Source: Podarcis gaigeae (Eukaryota). From it: a stretch of 64,000 nt of DNA. The notes under the pieces were generated by a model. It saw nothing but the letters and a program-made list of their open reading frames with translations, searched no databases and was not told the origin of the DNA. The stretch lies in assembly GCA_964106915.2 (NCBI GenBank), contig OZ066917.1. One strand, given 5' to 3'. A program made the translations under genes and the position numbers. Position 1 is the first letter of the stretch; every line of letters begins with the position of its first letter. Shown piece after piece: positions 13,888-27,232 of the stretch.

Positions 13888-14090
13888 GAGTAATACCCCT
13901 CCCCACCCCCTCACTATATATAAGGGTCTGGTGACTTTTGTTTCAGTGTATCTGAAATAGTGTGCATGCACATGAAAGCGCATACCAATAACAAACTTAG
14001 TTGGTCTCTAAGGTGCTGCTGGAAGGAATTTTTTTATTTATTTTATTTTGTTTCGACTATGGCAGACCAACACGGCTACCTACCTGTAAC
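13888..14090 (+). mobile_element. Penelope-like element terminal repeat (solo) with a mutated hammerhead core
   Basis: 13952-14090 is nearly identical to the reverse complement of 52784-52925 (apart from that copy's 15-bp duplication). Assignment to Penelope comes from recalled squamate PLE termini. Left boundary is approximate. Confidence 0.7.
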
Positions 14091-15659
14091 CTGTTAATAA
14101 TGAAACTCGCTTTTTATCATGCATGCGAGCCACCAGATTTACCCCCAGGGCAGAGTTGTGCACCGTTCACATGCACAGTGGTGAAATAATCACTTCTGTG
14201 GGTGACTGAGGCGACAGGTAGGCAGCAAGGAAGGAGGGCTGGCTTTGCACCATAACCAGGTCCCCAAGACCTTCTTCAGCTGCTCCTGCAACTTATGGAG
14301 TACCAGTGCCACAGGCTGCCTGCCATCTGTGTCAGAGTTTTTTGGCCCACAAAAAAAATACATAGGGCCAGCTCAATACATTTTGGCACATGAGGCAAAT
14401 GACAAAATGGTGCCCCCTCCTCGCCAGGGAAGAAGCAGGAGTGGAATAGAAGTAGATTAAGGCTCATTTTTACAAAAGAGGCTGAATGATTTGCAAAGAC
14501 CTAGGAGTCCATAGCAGATGTCTGCTTTATAATATTGTCCCTTGGCCTACACTAAAGGCAAATATATGATTTTTGAATATTCAGCTACTCAGTTATTACC
14601 TTGAGACAGATGTGGGAACTTGCGGTCATTCAGATACTGTTGGACTCCATCAGCATCAGTCAGCATCGGCCAATGGGAAATATGGGAGTTGGAGTCCAGC
14701 AACCGGGACAGCTAAAGTTCCCCTCAGCCACCCATCCAATAGCCCTGGGGGCAGTTAATATGCTTGGTACCAAGCTATAGGGTCGCAACACAATCCTGCA
14801 TGTTTTATATGGCCAAGAACAAGTTTACTAGGAGCTACTCCCTAGAATATGCACAGAGATTGCAGCTTTACTAGCATGCATTTGATTCTCCTTTTAAATC
14901 TATGCGACTGAAGAGATGGCTGTATCATGTGCTAGTTTATCCTGAGATCTCTTTGGACAAGCTCTGGGACCTAATTATTCATTTGTGCTTTTCATTATTT
15001 GCTCTATTATAATTACTCCTTTTTTGGCACAAAACTCTAGTGTGACAGCCTTGACTAGTCCCTTTAGCATTAGTGCTCCTTAACAGTGTTCAGGATGGGA
15101 ACTGAAGTTCAATTAGCTGTATTTATTAATCCACGATTAATGTAGGATTACTAGTAATCACTGCTGAAAACCTCCAGGAGGGAATCTGCTACAGTAAAAA
15201 AAGCAAAAGAGAGTTGTAATAGCTGACAGTCTAATAAGGCAGCAGACCAATGCACACCTGTGAACAATTCCCATTGAACTAAGTGGGGCATCCTGAGCAG
15301 AGAAGCAGTGTTGCATCATTACGTATTTATGATGCACACTTTTGTGGTCTTCAGTTCCCTTCATGAAAGCTTATGCCATCATAATGTTACAGCGCAATCC
15401 TCCGCATGTTTGTTTGAAAGTAAATTCCCCTGTGCTGTGCCCACGTTAAGCGCGGGCTAGCCTCATTCTTTCAGGTGCTACAGTCTGGTTCTTTGTAGGC
15501 TCGCCTAAAAATATTGCATTTAAGGCTGGGGAGGGGGTGGAACTTCCACTACAACAATGCTTAACATAGAAACAATCTTAACATTGTCGAAGGAAGGAGC
15601 TCTTTCGAACAAACGCACACGAGCGGGACCGACAATATAACTATACCCAGCCAAAGCCA

Positions 15660-16320
15660 TTTGGAAGAGTGGAGCGGAAGCCTAGAGCGTCGGCGCCCGC
15701 CGTGACGCGTCGGGGTGACGTAACTCGGAAGTAGCCGAGCACCCTTTTCCGGAAACAAACAACGTTGCCTTGCTCTCAGGAAGGGGTGTCGTTCCCGTGA
15801 AGTCGTTGGAAACGGTTGAAGGAGTGGGGGGTGCGGGGCTTTGGCGCTGCATTAGTAGGCGACCTGCTCGAAGGGGGCGGCGTTTCGCCACTTAGCTAGG
15901 ATGCTGCGCGGCCTGAGCGGCTGGTTCGGCATGAGCCGGGAAGGCGAGGAAGAGAAGCCGCCTCTCCTCGAAGGGGAAGCCGGAGCTGCTGCTGCTGCTG
16001 CCGAGGAGGGAGAAGAGGGGACTGGAGGGGACGCGGCAGTGCGGAGCCCGGAGCAGGTGGAGCTGCAGAGGGACTCGGACCCGCTTCTGAACCAGGCGAA
16101 GGGGCTGGGCAGTGAGTGTCTCCCTTGCTCCCCTTTAACGCGCTTTTCCCAAAGGCCTTCCTCGCGTCCCTTCAAGCCTGCCCAGCTCATATAACTAACC
16201 CCCACAGCCGCCCTATTAATGTAGCAAGCAACCTGCTCAGGTACCCTCTTCGCAGTTGCTTGGCGTTAACCCCCCCCCCCGGACGTGCACTAGCGCAGCG
16301 TGGAGCTTCGCAGGAGTGTG
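15660..16320 (+). promoter_or_regulatory. SYAP1: SYAP1 CpG-island promoter, divergent from CTPS2
   Basis: CpG-rich; CRE-like TGACGTAA (~15716), ETS-type CGGAAGT (~15726) and TTCCGGAA (~15747) lie upstream of ATG 15901. Confidence 0.7.
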
Positions 16321-19300
16321 CTCACTAGGGATTACTGCCAACCTAAGTGCGGCTTTCAAAGCAGCAGCCTGTAGCCTGTTTTACTCCGTGGAAGTTGCTT
16401 CCGTTAGTATGGATTGTGGGTTGCAGCTAAGTAGTCCTATGTGCGAGTACTCCGGCAGTAAGTTTCACCCACTTCTGCCGGCCTTATTTCTGAGCAAGCT
16501 TCCTTTTGAAATTATTGCTTCTCCTTCAGTGAGCACCCCAACATCTCTTAAAGAGTTGCATCTTTTAAGCATGAGAAAAACGCACATCGCTCACCTCTTT
16601 CAGGGACACTAGAAAAGGTTCAAGAAATGCCATGCTGTGGCTATTTCTTTAAAACAGATATGTTCTGTTACAGTTCCATATATCTTAAAACATAAGTGAC
16701 ATTAACAAAAACAGTGGGATGTCAGCTTTGTGCCTAGTGTTTTCTGTGGTTTTGTGGGGTATGACTCTTCTTAAAAATAGGAACACTTCAAAATTATGGT
16801 CTCTGGATGTGTTATCAAAGGGAAATAACAGTACTGTATCTTTATGCAAGCCCTGTTGGTCCTTTCCAATTTGCAAAAATGATACCGCTTGAGTTATTAA
16901 AAGTAGTATGTGACTTCTCTGAGCATAACTAGATTTCTCTATCAACATTAACATTTTGAGCTTTACTAAATTGTCATTATTTGCTTTGAATTTAATAGAA
17001 ACTACCACAATTGACTTTAAATTACAACTGAGGAATGGAGATTTTTCTTAATGTAACAACAAATTCAGCTAAAATAAGGCATTAGGTTATCAGTGATACA
17101 AATAAATGTTAGCTGTTTATGTCTGCAAAACAGATTGTCTTCATAATGGATTCCTTTTCTATTGCTGTGTACTTTAGAACAGCTTCAAATGCAGCATCTT
17201 GGAAAAGGTACTGTTACCTTAAATTTTTACATAATATACATTCCCACTGTACAAGATGCACAGTCCAGAATTCCTCACATCTGCCACTTACACAAATAGG
17301 TAGATGGAAATTAATGTGGCCTGTGCATCAATACCATGTGTTTTTCTAGGACAGGGTGGTCCAACTTTTCATATCAAGTGGGCCGCAGGACTGCTTTGGC
17401 ACAGAACCCAAAGGCCACACACTACCTTATCACGTGGGGGGAGAGGCAAAAATCTGACACCCCCAAGTCCTTGTGCTGCATTCCCAAAGCTGGGTGAGGC
17501 CAGAGGTGGATTTAGGGCAGCATGGCCAGTTCAGCCGCCGTTGGCACTGAGCCTAGGGGGCACTGCAAGGTATTGCAACTATGATGTAGTGAACTGAGCA
17601 AAATTAAAATAAAAAAGACGGGGGTGCCAAATTTTGGCCTTGCATAGGGCACTGCTGAAATTTGAAAAACCAAAGTTCACCCCTGGCAAGGTACCAGGCT
17701 TTGGGAAGGAGAGGAGAGGGCTCTAGGACCCTGTCAGAGCCCTCACACTACCTTACCAAAGCCCATCCCTCACCTGGCTTTGGTAATGCAGCACAAGGCA
17801 AAGTGCGTATGGGGGTGTGAATTGTTGCTGAGGGCTACCAAAAATGCCTCAAGATCTGCACATTAGGCCACACTGTTCTAGGAATTGGAAGAACTGAATG
17901 ACTGACTCTGTAGGGCTCTAGTAGGTGATTGTGCAGCATATCTTAAAGACTTTGTAATAAAGAAAAAATTAATTGTCTTATTTCCAAAAGGTTATCTCTT
18001 CAGTTTTGCCACTACTGCCACAAAAAAGATATCTGAGTCAGTTGCTGAAACAGCCCAAACTATAAAGAAGTCTGTAGAAGAAGGAAAAATAGAAAATATA
18101 ATTGACAAGGTAACTTTTCTGTTGTAAATAATTTGTTAATAAATTTAGTATCTGCTCTTGCATGTTCTACTTATATTTAAGGCTACTGACATTATGGGTT
18201 TAGTGCCAATAAAGTGTTTTGATCAAGCACTGTACTCAAGGAAGAAAAACTGAAATGTAGGCCAGATCAGCAGCTAATAAAAACTTCATTGAGCTAATTT
18301 AGGAATATTTTAAACACAAGAATTAATCAGTACCACTCGTTTAAATTTTTATACTTAATAATGCAGTAAAATAATTCAGGCAAACCAAGCACACACAGGA
18401 AATATCCTGGAACAATTGTAAGCAGTTTACAAGAAATATATCAGTTATCAGTTTGTGTTGCAAAAAATATTATGTGTTAGGCCACTATTTGATATTTATA
18501 CTGCCTTTTCACAGTTGTTTGTGTTTATCAAAGGTAGTATGTGGGACTGAAAGCAATCAGAAACTTGTTGACACTATAATGTACAGTCTGCAGGACCAAA
18601 GCTTGAAACACCAGTCTAGAATAAGAACCCTTGATGTGTTGTGGTTTTAAAACTACACACAGCGGTAGCAGTTAAGGTTCTCCATGATGTTTTATTAGAA
18701 ATAAGTGTAGTCATTTCTAGCGAATATGACATGACAGACCCGGATCTGACTGATTGACTTGTTAAACCAAAATGTCAGTGAACCTTTTCCCAATGACACA
18801 GCTCCTTTTTAGCACAAACAATCAAACCAGAAGGCCTCTAATTAACTATAGCTTCTGATTTCATCCAAACTAGGAAGCTTTGGTTACCAGATTCCAAGAA
18901 ACTCAGGATATTAAACTAGGTTTAAAATTAAACATATTAAGATATGTTTTAATATCCTGACCTGACCTATTCAAAATGTGGCAGCCATTGCTTCCTGCAT
19001 GGATGAAATGGGAAACTGGTAGGTTTCCTCACACCAGGAAGGAACTGTGTAGATGAGCAAAAGGTGTCCCAGCTTATTAAACAGAGATATATGGCTTGAG
19101 TATTATATTTGAAAGCTATTGTTGACAATATGCAAATTTCTTTGTGTAAACAGTTTTAAGAGAAATAAAGATTAACAAAAGAGATCTGATAATGTTTCTC
19201 TTCTATGCAGTCAGTTAAACCTGCCCTCAAACTATTATTTGTTTCTGAAGCCTGTTACACATGAGCCTGCATACTGACTGCTGTAGGTGTCCCTATGCTA

Positions 19301-22300
19301 GCTCAGAAGATTGGAAGAAAAACTGCATTGGATCTTCTAGCAGTTTTCTCCGGATACAATAGAAAATTCCCAGTTGGTTCAATCACAGCTTACGCACACA
19401 CACTGCACATTTTTTAAGGTTTTTTTTTATAAAAAAGTTTATGGGATACTATTGGTTATTCCTCTCCTCTCATGCCTATAACATAACAAATAATTATGCT
19501 GGTAGAAGAAAAGGGGCAGAGTCTGACAGATTAAGAAAGGAAGGTATGTGGAGGCATCTCAGTACTCAGCCTGAAGTTCTTTAGGTTGGTCCAGACCCAC
19601 CTTTCATGAATGGAAGAACTCCTTTCATGAAAGCAAGAGATCAAGATCCAGTGGAGGTTCCTTCTGAAGAAAGATGGGTAGAGACTCTTTTGCCAATTCC
19701 CCCTACAGCCCTCTGTGCCATCTCCCTTGCTGTACCAGGACATACTCCAGTCCTTTGGACAAGATTTCCAGGTGGCAAATATATGAAAATAGCCTCCCCA
19801 ACCTTCCTCCAGAAGAGGGCTGCATGGATGGAGTTACATCTGTGCATAGTCTGGATCTAAACCTTTGTATTGAAGGCAGTTACATTCAAATCACTATACA
19901 ATGTGCAAGTATTTGGGTGTACTATTGGAATCTGATATATACATGTTACAGATAGGAATTTGGTTGACTTTGGGCAATACAAATAGATTCCAGTTTTACA
20001 TGTAAATAGGTTGTTGGCAACAGTGAGAACCCAAGTAATCTGGCAAATTAATTGTTGTTCTATATATAACTTTGTTTTTTCTTATAGACAATTATAGGAG
20101 ATTTTCAGAAGGAGCAGAAAAAATTTGTTCAACAGCAGCAAACAAAAAAATCAGGTAATGTATAACAGGTTAATCTTAACCAGGGCTGGGAAGACACAGG
20201 GCAATGGAATCCATGCTGCATCTAGCCAGGGTGTAAAGGTTTTGGGTTTTGTTGCAGGCCGGCACAGCACAGGTATTTAGATTGGGTCCTTCTTTTGGAA
20301 ATGAACCAGCTTTGGATCTAGTGGGTCCATCACAGGTCCTGTCCTACCACTGCAGCGTCCTATTTTGGAGCCTTAACAGTGATTTCTTTCTGCCAGTGAG
20401 AACACTGGCAGTAGTAGCATGCATTCCCCTATGCTTTCAGATAGCACAGCAGAGATCTCTGTGGTAGCAGACCCATGCACACACACTGCCAGGGGACACC
20501 TGAAGCATCCTAATTCCCTCAGCTAAAATGAAATTTAGTTGGGAACACTTATCACACAGATCTTGGCAAGAGGCCTTTTTCAATCAAAAATACCTGTAGT
20601 TCACATGTCTTCTACTACTGAATGCAATATACATATGCTCCCCTTTCCTTACAGAAGCAGCTGTGCCTCCTTGGGTAGACAGCAATGAAGAAGAAACAAT
20701 TCAGCAACAAATACTGGCATTATCAGCAGTAAGTAGTGTTGTGTTCTTTCTGTTTAAGGTTCTTCCTCCTCCTTTTTGCCTACCTAAAACAGGACTTTTG
20801 AGGCATCAATGTGTTGAATAATAAAACTGTTGATGGGATTTAGTGAGATCATGTTAATTGATGATATAAAGACTTCTTTTATTGAAAAATGTTTCCCCAT
20901 GTATCTGGCAGAGCTGCTTATGCTATAAGTTACTTTTCAATGTAATTATTGACAAGTGCTCTTTGGAAACAGAAACATAACTTTTTCACCATTGACAGAT
21001 AGATTTTTTTTTTTTTTTGCAAAGGACCGAAGAAACTTCCTACGTGACCCACCAGCTGGGGTTCAATTTAATTTTGACTTTGATCAGATGTATCCAGTGG
21101 CATTGGTAATGCTCCAAGAAGATGAACTTCTGAACAGAATGAGATTTGATCTTGTCCCAAAGCAGTGAGTGATCTCCCTATATTTTCATAAGCTGTTGAA
21201 CAATTTTTTAAGTCTGAGTAAAAATAATAGCTTTGTGTAACTTGCAATATTTACTAATATTGTGTTTCCATTTGTACATTAAAATGTGACAATAAATAGT
21301 TCATGGTATTCTATTCTGAAATTTAAGTCACAGTCTAAACCTGAACATTAAATTATTTCTCAGTGGGGCTTTTGTTTGTTTGTTTTTTTGGAAACCTAAC
21401 TTGCCAAATACTGTTATGCCTACCTCTGAGGAATTTTATTTTATCTTTGTCAGAGCTAGTAACAGTTTAGTGCAAGCTCATAGCACAACCTTATGCATAA
21501 CTACTCCAAAGCAAGTTCCATTTAGTCCAATGGGAATTATTCCTGGCCAAATACATGTAGGTTTGTAGCCATCAGGTTGGATCCAGATATGCCCACCTGC
21601 AAACTCCAATCCAGCAGAGGCTTCCAGTGGAAAAGTAGGAAGAGTGATTTTTGTCAATTCCCCCTTTTTCCATGCCATCTCTCATACTGTTCTGGAAGGT
21701 CCTACGGCTCTTCCGAGCTGCTTTGCAGGGAAGAAACCGAAGCAGCTCTCCTGCTCCACTCATCCCTCCACTATGCATACAGTAAACTCCCACCTTGCAT
21801 GCATGTTTCATGTTATATTTATATAGCGTAGTTATCAAAACCATATATTTTGTTGTCTCCAGTGTAAAAGAAGATGTGTTTTGGAGGAATTACTTTTACC
21901 GTGTCTCCCTGATTAAGCAGTCTGCACAGCTCACAGCACTGGCTGCACAACAGCAAGCCGTGAGGAAAGAACAGAATGGCAGCCAAGAGGACAGACAGCT
22001 AGCAGGTAGAGATTTGTTTCACTATGTTGGGTGGCGACTCCTTTCTCGCCTGCCTGACAAATGCACATTCCAGACTTTCTCCCTCCGTCACTTTTTAAAC
22101 ATTTCTTATGGTAGAAGTTTCATAAATTATTAGCCTTCAAAAATTTGAGAACAAGCAAAATAGTTCTGTTACAGTTCCACAGATATTCTTATTGAGGAAG
22201 AGAAATCTAAGATACATATTTCCACAATATAAGCACAAGTTCAGGACTATAGTTCAATTTCTTCACAATATTCAGTTATATTACTTTCTCTGTTAAGAAT

Positions 22301-25300
22301 TAAAAATAGTTTCATGTAGAAAGTTTTGCTCTTCATGAAAGCTTGTGCTGCTGCCTTTTGGTGGGGATGAAGCCCTAGCCTTTTACCTCAGGAGCTGAAC
22401 ATGGGGGTGCGGATTATCATTGTTCCTTCCTTAGCTCTAAGGCTAGGGGGAAGATAGAGCGGTTTGGCCATTGCACTGAAACACAAGGAGTGCCTTGAAA
22501 GCACAAGGTCAAACTACCAAGGCTCCAAATTTGGAGCCTGAGGTGGAAGCAGAGTATTATCTCTAATCTCACATTATAGCACAGTATAAGGCCAGGGACA
22601 AGGAGATGGGTAGCTCCTGGCAACGACAAAATCCATTTCAGCTATCAAGGCCAGTCAAGAATTGTGGAATCAGACATGTGAATAAGCCATGCATATGCAT
22701 ATAAGCTGCAGCAAGCACAGAATTTGTATACACACACACACACTCTTTCTCTTTCACTCCACAAAAAAGAAAGCAAAGAGATTGCAAACTGTGACCAAAA
22801 ACCTTCAAACTACATTTTGTTCAACCATAGTTAACAAACCAGAAAATCAAACTGGATAACATGGCTTGTACAAACCACAATTTTACCTATTCATAAAGGG
22901 AAGCTGCAGCTTGTTACCAATCAGAACCAGAAGCTTTAAATATCCTTGGTGTGAAAAGAGAGAGGAAGAGGAGGAAGTGTGTGAGTGTATTGTACTTGGC
23001 TTGTTATGTTTGAGTCACTGTTCACTCAGCCACAACGTGAGCTTTAAATGCTCTTCTAAATTCTATCCTTTCTGTCTTTTTCCTAGAAACTGTACGACCA
23101 AAGACACCACCCGTAGCGATCAAATCTCAGCTAAAGCCTCAAGAGGTAACATTCTCCATTTAAGATTAATATGTGTATTTACAGCATAACCGTTTTTTAT
23201 ACTTTAAGTTTTTTAGGTGCATGTTAGTTTGGCCAACTCCAAAATTGCTTCACAAAAAGCCCTTAAACAAATGTACTGGAGGAATCAAGAATTTGGCTGA
23301 AACAAGGTTTAAAATGGTGGCTGTTTGAGGACCTTCAGAATCCTGCGCGAAGGAGGTCACCCTTTTAATCAAGTGATTGCCTATGATTGGCAAGTTCTGG
23401 CTGAGCAGCTAAAGTGCAATTTTCCCTTCCCCAACCCTGTATCACAGCACTTCCTCTCTTTGGGAGACTTTGCACTTTACTATGGTTGATTCAAGTATTT
23501 TATTTATACCATTAATGCCAGATGTGGGATGGGATAGTGGAAAGGAATAGTGCAAGGGCATAGCTCTGTGCTGAACTTTCCAGCTGGAAAACAAAGGTAC
23601 CTGTTTTTGTAATGTTAGCCAGCACCAGGTATGAGGAACCTTTGACCCTCCAGATGTTGCAGGACCTTCAAGCACACTGCCCAGGCTTGCACCCTGGGGA
23701 GGTCACTTCAGTGCTGCTAATGGTTTGACTTCATCCCCAGAGTCACACTCCATTGTCTCTTGAGACAGATGGATGCCAACAACCGCTCCCACTATTCCTG
23801 ACAATGTCTGCTGGAACTGATGGAGTTGTAGCTTAGTATCATGTGGAGGGCCAGAGATTCTCCACATCTGACTTTCTGCTGCATTGCATATCTCCTAAGA
23901 AAGTAATACAGAAGGAAAATGAGGGCAAAATGACTTTGTCTATCCCTTCTACCTGCCACGGTGATTCTCATGAAGATAAGCTATTTTACAAATTCCTATT
24001 AGGCCTTTGTTCAGTGTAGAGATTCTGTGCACGTGACCTCATTGTTTTCCCTTTCACTATAGGAAAATGGTGCATAACATTAAGGAGAAATGCCCACGAT
24101 ATTAGTGTATATATACACTTTTGAATTCCTTCACCATCTCCTGTAACTAAGGATTTCCTTCCTTTCTCATCTCCAATTTAAGGAGGAAGAAGAAATTTCA
24201 ACTAGCCCAGGTGTATCAGAATTTGTGAGTGACGCTTTTGATGCATGCAGCTTGAATCGGGAAGATTTGAGGAAAGAGATTGAACAACTTGTACTTGACA
24301 AGAGCAAGGAAACAACTATAGTAGAAGGTAAAAAAAACCCAATAACTTTTTGCATTCTGCTCCCTCTCATTATGGGTATATTAAATTTGTAAATATATTC
24401 CATATTTGAATCAAAAATAGCTTTAGAAATATCCCCTTACCCAAAGAGGATAGTCTATCTGAAATAGTAAGATTTGTGCCTTTATTTGCTTATTTATTTA
24501 TTTAGTAAGTTTCTATACCACCCTTTACCCAAAGCTCACAGGGTGGTTTATAATAAGCAAAGCTAGAAATGTGTCCTGTTCTTAACACTGCTCATCTTCC
24601 CTGCATTCTGAAGTCTTGAATTATCTTAATTGTTAACAGCAGTATCCTTTATTTCCTGGACTGTGGCTGAAGCAGTATGTGCAGGAAACTGGTTTTGCAG
24701 ATTTAGAGTACTTGGATGTCTAGGTTTATAGGAAGTGCATATCCCAAGGAAGAGAACAGTGTTGAAAAGGAAATCTAGATGTCACTAATTTGGGAACAGC
24801 TTTTTTATACAACTTACTTCCAAGTAAGGGTTTTATTTCTGTATGTGCTCAGCTCTGGCCCTTCCAGAGTATTCTTTCAATTGGCATGCCTTGCATGTGA
24901 TTAGATAATCTTGGACACCAGCAATTCTCAAATGCATAGCATTTGGAAGACATTTTAGTCAAAAATATAGCAGTAATTTCTTGGTGTACAGGTTTGTTTT
25001 CTACACATTCATGCTTAAGAAAGCTTGGAAATGTGAATGGCAAAGAGAAGAGAGTGTAAATTGACAAAGTAGAGAAGTATTTAAACAATTGTGATTTCCC
25101 CTTACTTGCAGTTTGAACTGGTACAAAACATTTTGTTGTGTGGATAGACTAGTCCTTATTAGCAAAATTAGTACTAAAATAGTGCAATATTTATCCAGTC
25201 CTGTGACATGTATATGTTTTGTTTTTAGAAGAAACTGCAGACTGGGAAAAGGAACTACAACAAGAACTTCAGGAATATGAAGTAGTTGCAGAGTCAGAAA

Positions 25301-25356
25301 AACGAGATGATAACTGGGACAAAGAAATAGAGGAAATGCTACAAGGAGAAAATTAA
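15901..25356 (+). CDS. SYAP1: Synapse-associated protein 1 (BSD domain), complete, 361 aa. Exons: 15901-16111, 17991-18109, 20088-20154, 20655-20728, 21025-21164, 21863-22005, 23087-23145, 24183-24327, 25229-25356
   Basis: Translation reads [10 protein letters not shown]...[32 protein letters not shown]...[34 protein letters not shown]...[21 protein letters not shown]...[16 protein letters not shown]...MLQGEN*. Exons sum to 1086 nt with canonical splice sites. Confidence 0.97.
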
Positions 25357-25447
25357 CCACTTTGCATAAATGTTTTTTGGAAACTGATGTGAACCCATTT
25401 TTATACTTGCTTCAGAGACTTTTCTAAGGCATAAAATTGCTCTTTGT

Positions 25448-25449
25448 GA

Positions 25450-25501
<52 letters not shown>

Positions 25502-25502
25502 A
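25448..25502 (+). repeat. (GAAA)n microsatellite, ~13 units, in the SYAP1 3' UTR
   Basis: Perfect tetranucleotide run visible ~90 nt after the stop codon. Confidence 0.95.
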
Positions 25503-27226
25503 CAGACTCCAGGTGATATGTAATCGGGTGTAAAAAACAGTTCTTTGAAAGTACTGTTAATCATCCAGTGGCATGTGAGGCAAGTTTTAAAAGTTAATGA
25601 AACGAAAGTTGCTGGAAAATGTTAACTGGATAACCAGAAGTGAATTTTAAAAATAATTTGTGAGCTGCTTTCTGTACTGGGGTAAAAATTGAAAACTTCC
25701 AATCATATTCCTACAAGTAATAGGAAGTCATGTTAATATTTTGATCCCTTTGGCTCATTTATAAATATAAGTTCATAATACATCTAGGTATTAGTCCCTT
25801 AATACCATATGTTCTCTTAGAAAGTGTTATCAGGCTTTGTCTATAGCTTTTTTTATCTTAGCAGAACCTTGGCACCTGGACATCAAAAGCGGTGAAGGTT
25901 TAGAGTGATGATATGGTGTGGCTAATCAAAAATTCAGTGATTCAATTATCCTCACTTTAGTCACTAGACAGATAAAACAATGACCGCTCAAGATATACAT
26001 AAATGGCACATCAACTGGCTCAGGGTTCACTTACTTTATTGGGATTTTTTCACTCCAAGAATAATAGAGCGTTTTAGAAGAAAAACGGTTCAGTTCTTCT
26101 GTTTAGGATAAAAGTATCTCTTCATTTAATTGCTAAAATGTATAATATACAGTACTTTAGAGTGAAGCATTGGTTAAATAGTAGAACCAAAGTGTAGCAG
26201 GAAATTCAGGCTTGGCCTGTGGGTGTGGTTGAGTAGTGCTATACTCATAAGTGTTAAATGTTTATTAAGGTGTGGGAGGAACACTCTAGTGTGAATAATC
26301 AGAAGTCAAAATATGACTGCCATCCTAGACAGACAAGACAACACTACAGCTGGATAAAGGGGTCAGAACTGAATGGAAGGTAATATGTTATATTTAGCAG
26401 TGTTGCAGGAGACTACGCATCTAACTTTGGGTCAGTAATTGACTTCTATTGCCTTTGTTTAAAAGGTAAAGTACTAGGAACTTGATTTTTTGAGCAAACT
26501 GATGGAGAATAAACTGGTTACTAGTAACTGAAATGATGGTTGCTAAAGCATAATGTTAACTTTGCTTGATGTCCAGATGTAAAGAATTCACAAGACATCT
26601 TTTCTTACTAATTCCCAAATAAAGATTTCACAGAATCATAAATAAGCTGTTGTTTTCCTACAGGAAATAGCTTGGTTCTCTGTAATACATGAGCAAGTTA
26701 TTTGGCTTTGTGTAAAGTATGCACTTCTGAAGATCCTTATGCTAATGTATATAGTGTAATACACTACTACTATACTAAAAGGCTAATACAAAATGGAAAC
26801 ATTATATAAAATGAAGTAGATACTGTGCATTAGAAGAGAATTTATCTGTTGTCAATTTATCTGTTGACAATCGGTGTTGTCAATTTTAAAAATAGACACC
26901 CTATTTTTTTTGAAAATGTAACAAATGTTAAAAGTCCAAAAATATTTATTAAGAGATGTTTCTATGCAGATTGAGTTTTCTGTTACACACTGCCAGATTA
27001 GATTAATTACGTTTTTCCTTTAAAGGGCACACTGGTTGCAAAACTAAGCTTGGGATGGGGGTGGGGGCTTTTCCTTTAGCAGGTATAGCCAAGCTGAGTC
27101 TTAACTTGTCTTGTAGGATGTCTTATAGGTTGTATTATTCTTCTCCTTTACCGAAACAACTACTAGGGGTGTGATTTACACACAGGAATACATACAAGGA
27201 TTTGACATCCCTGTATGCCTGCTTTC

Positions 27227-27232
27227 AATAAA
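27227..27232 (+). terminator. Candidate SYAP1 polyadenylation signal AATAAA (another candidate at 26618-26623)
   Basis: Hexamer followed by T-rich sequence, before the TXLNG CpG island. Usage is not verifiable from sequence. Confidence 0.4.

Noticed and set aside
13133-13893. ~160-aa ORFs on both strands
   Set aside because: CpG-island artefacts over the CTPS2 non-coding exon 1.
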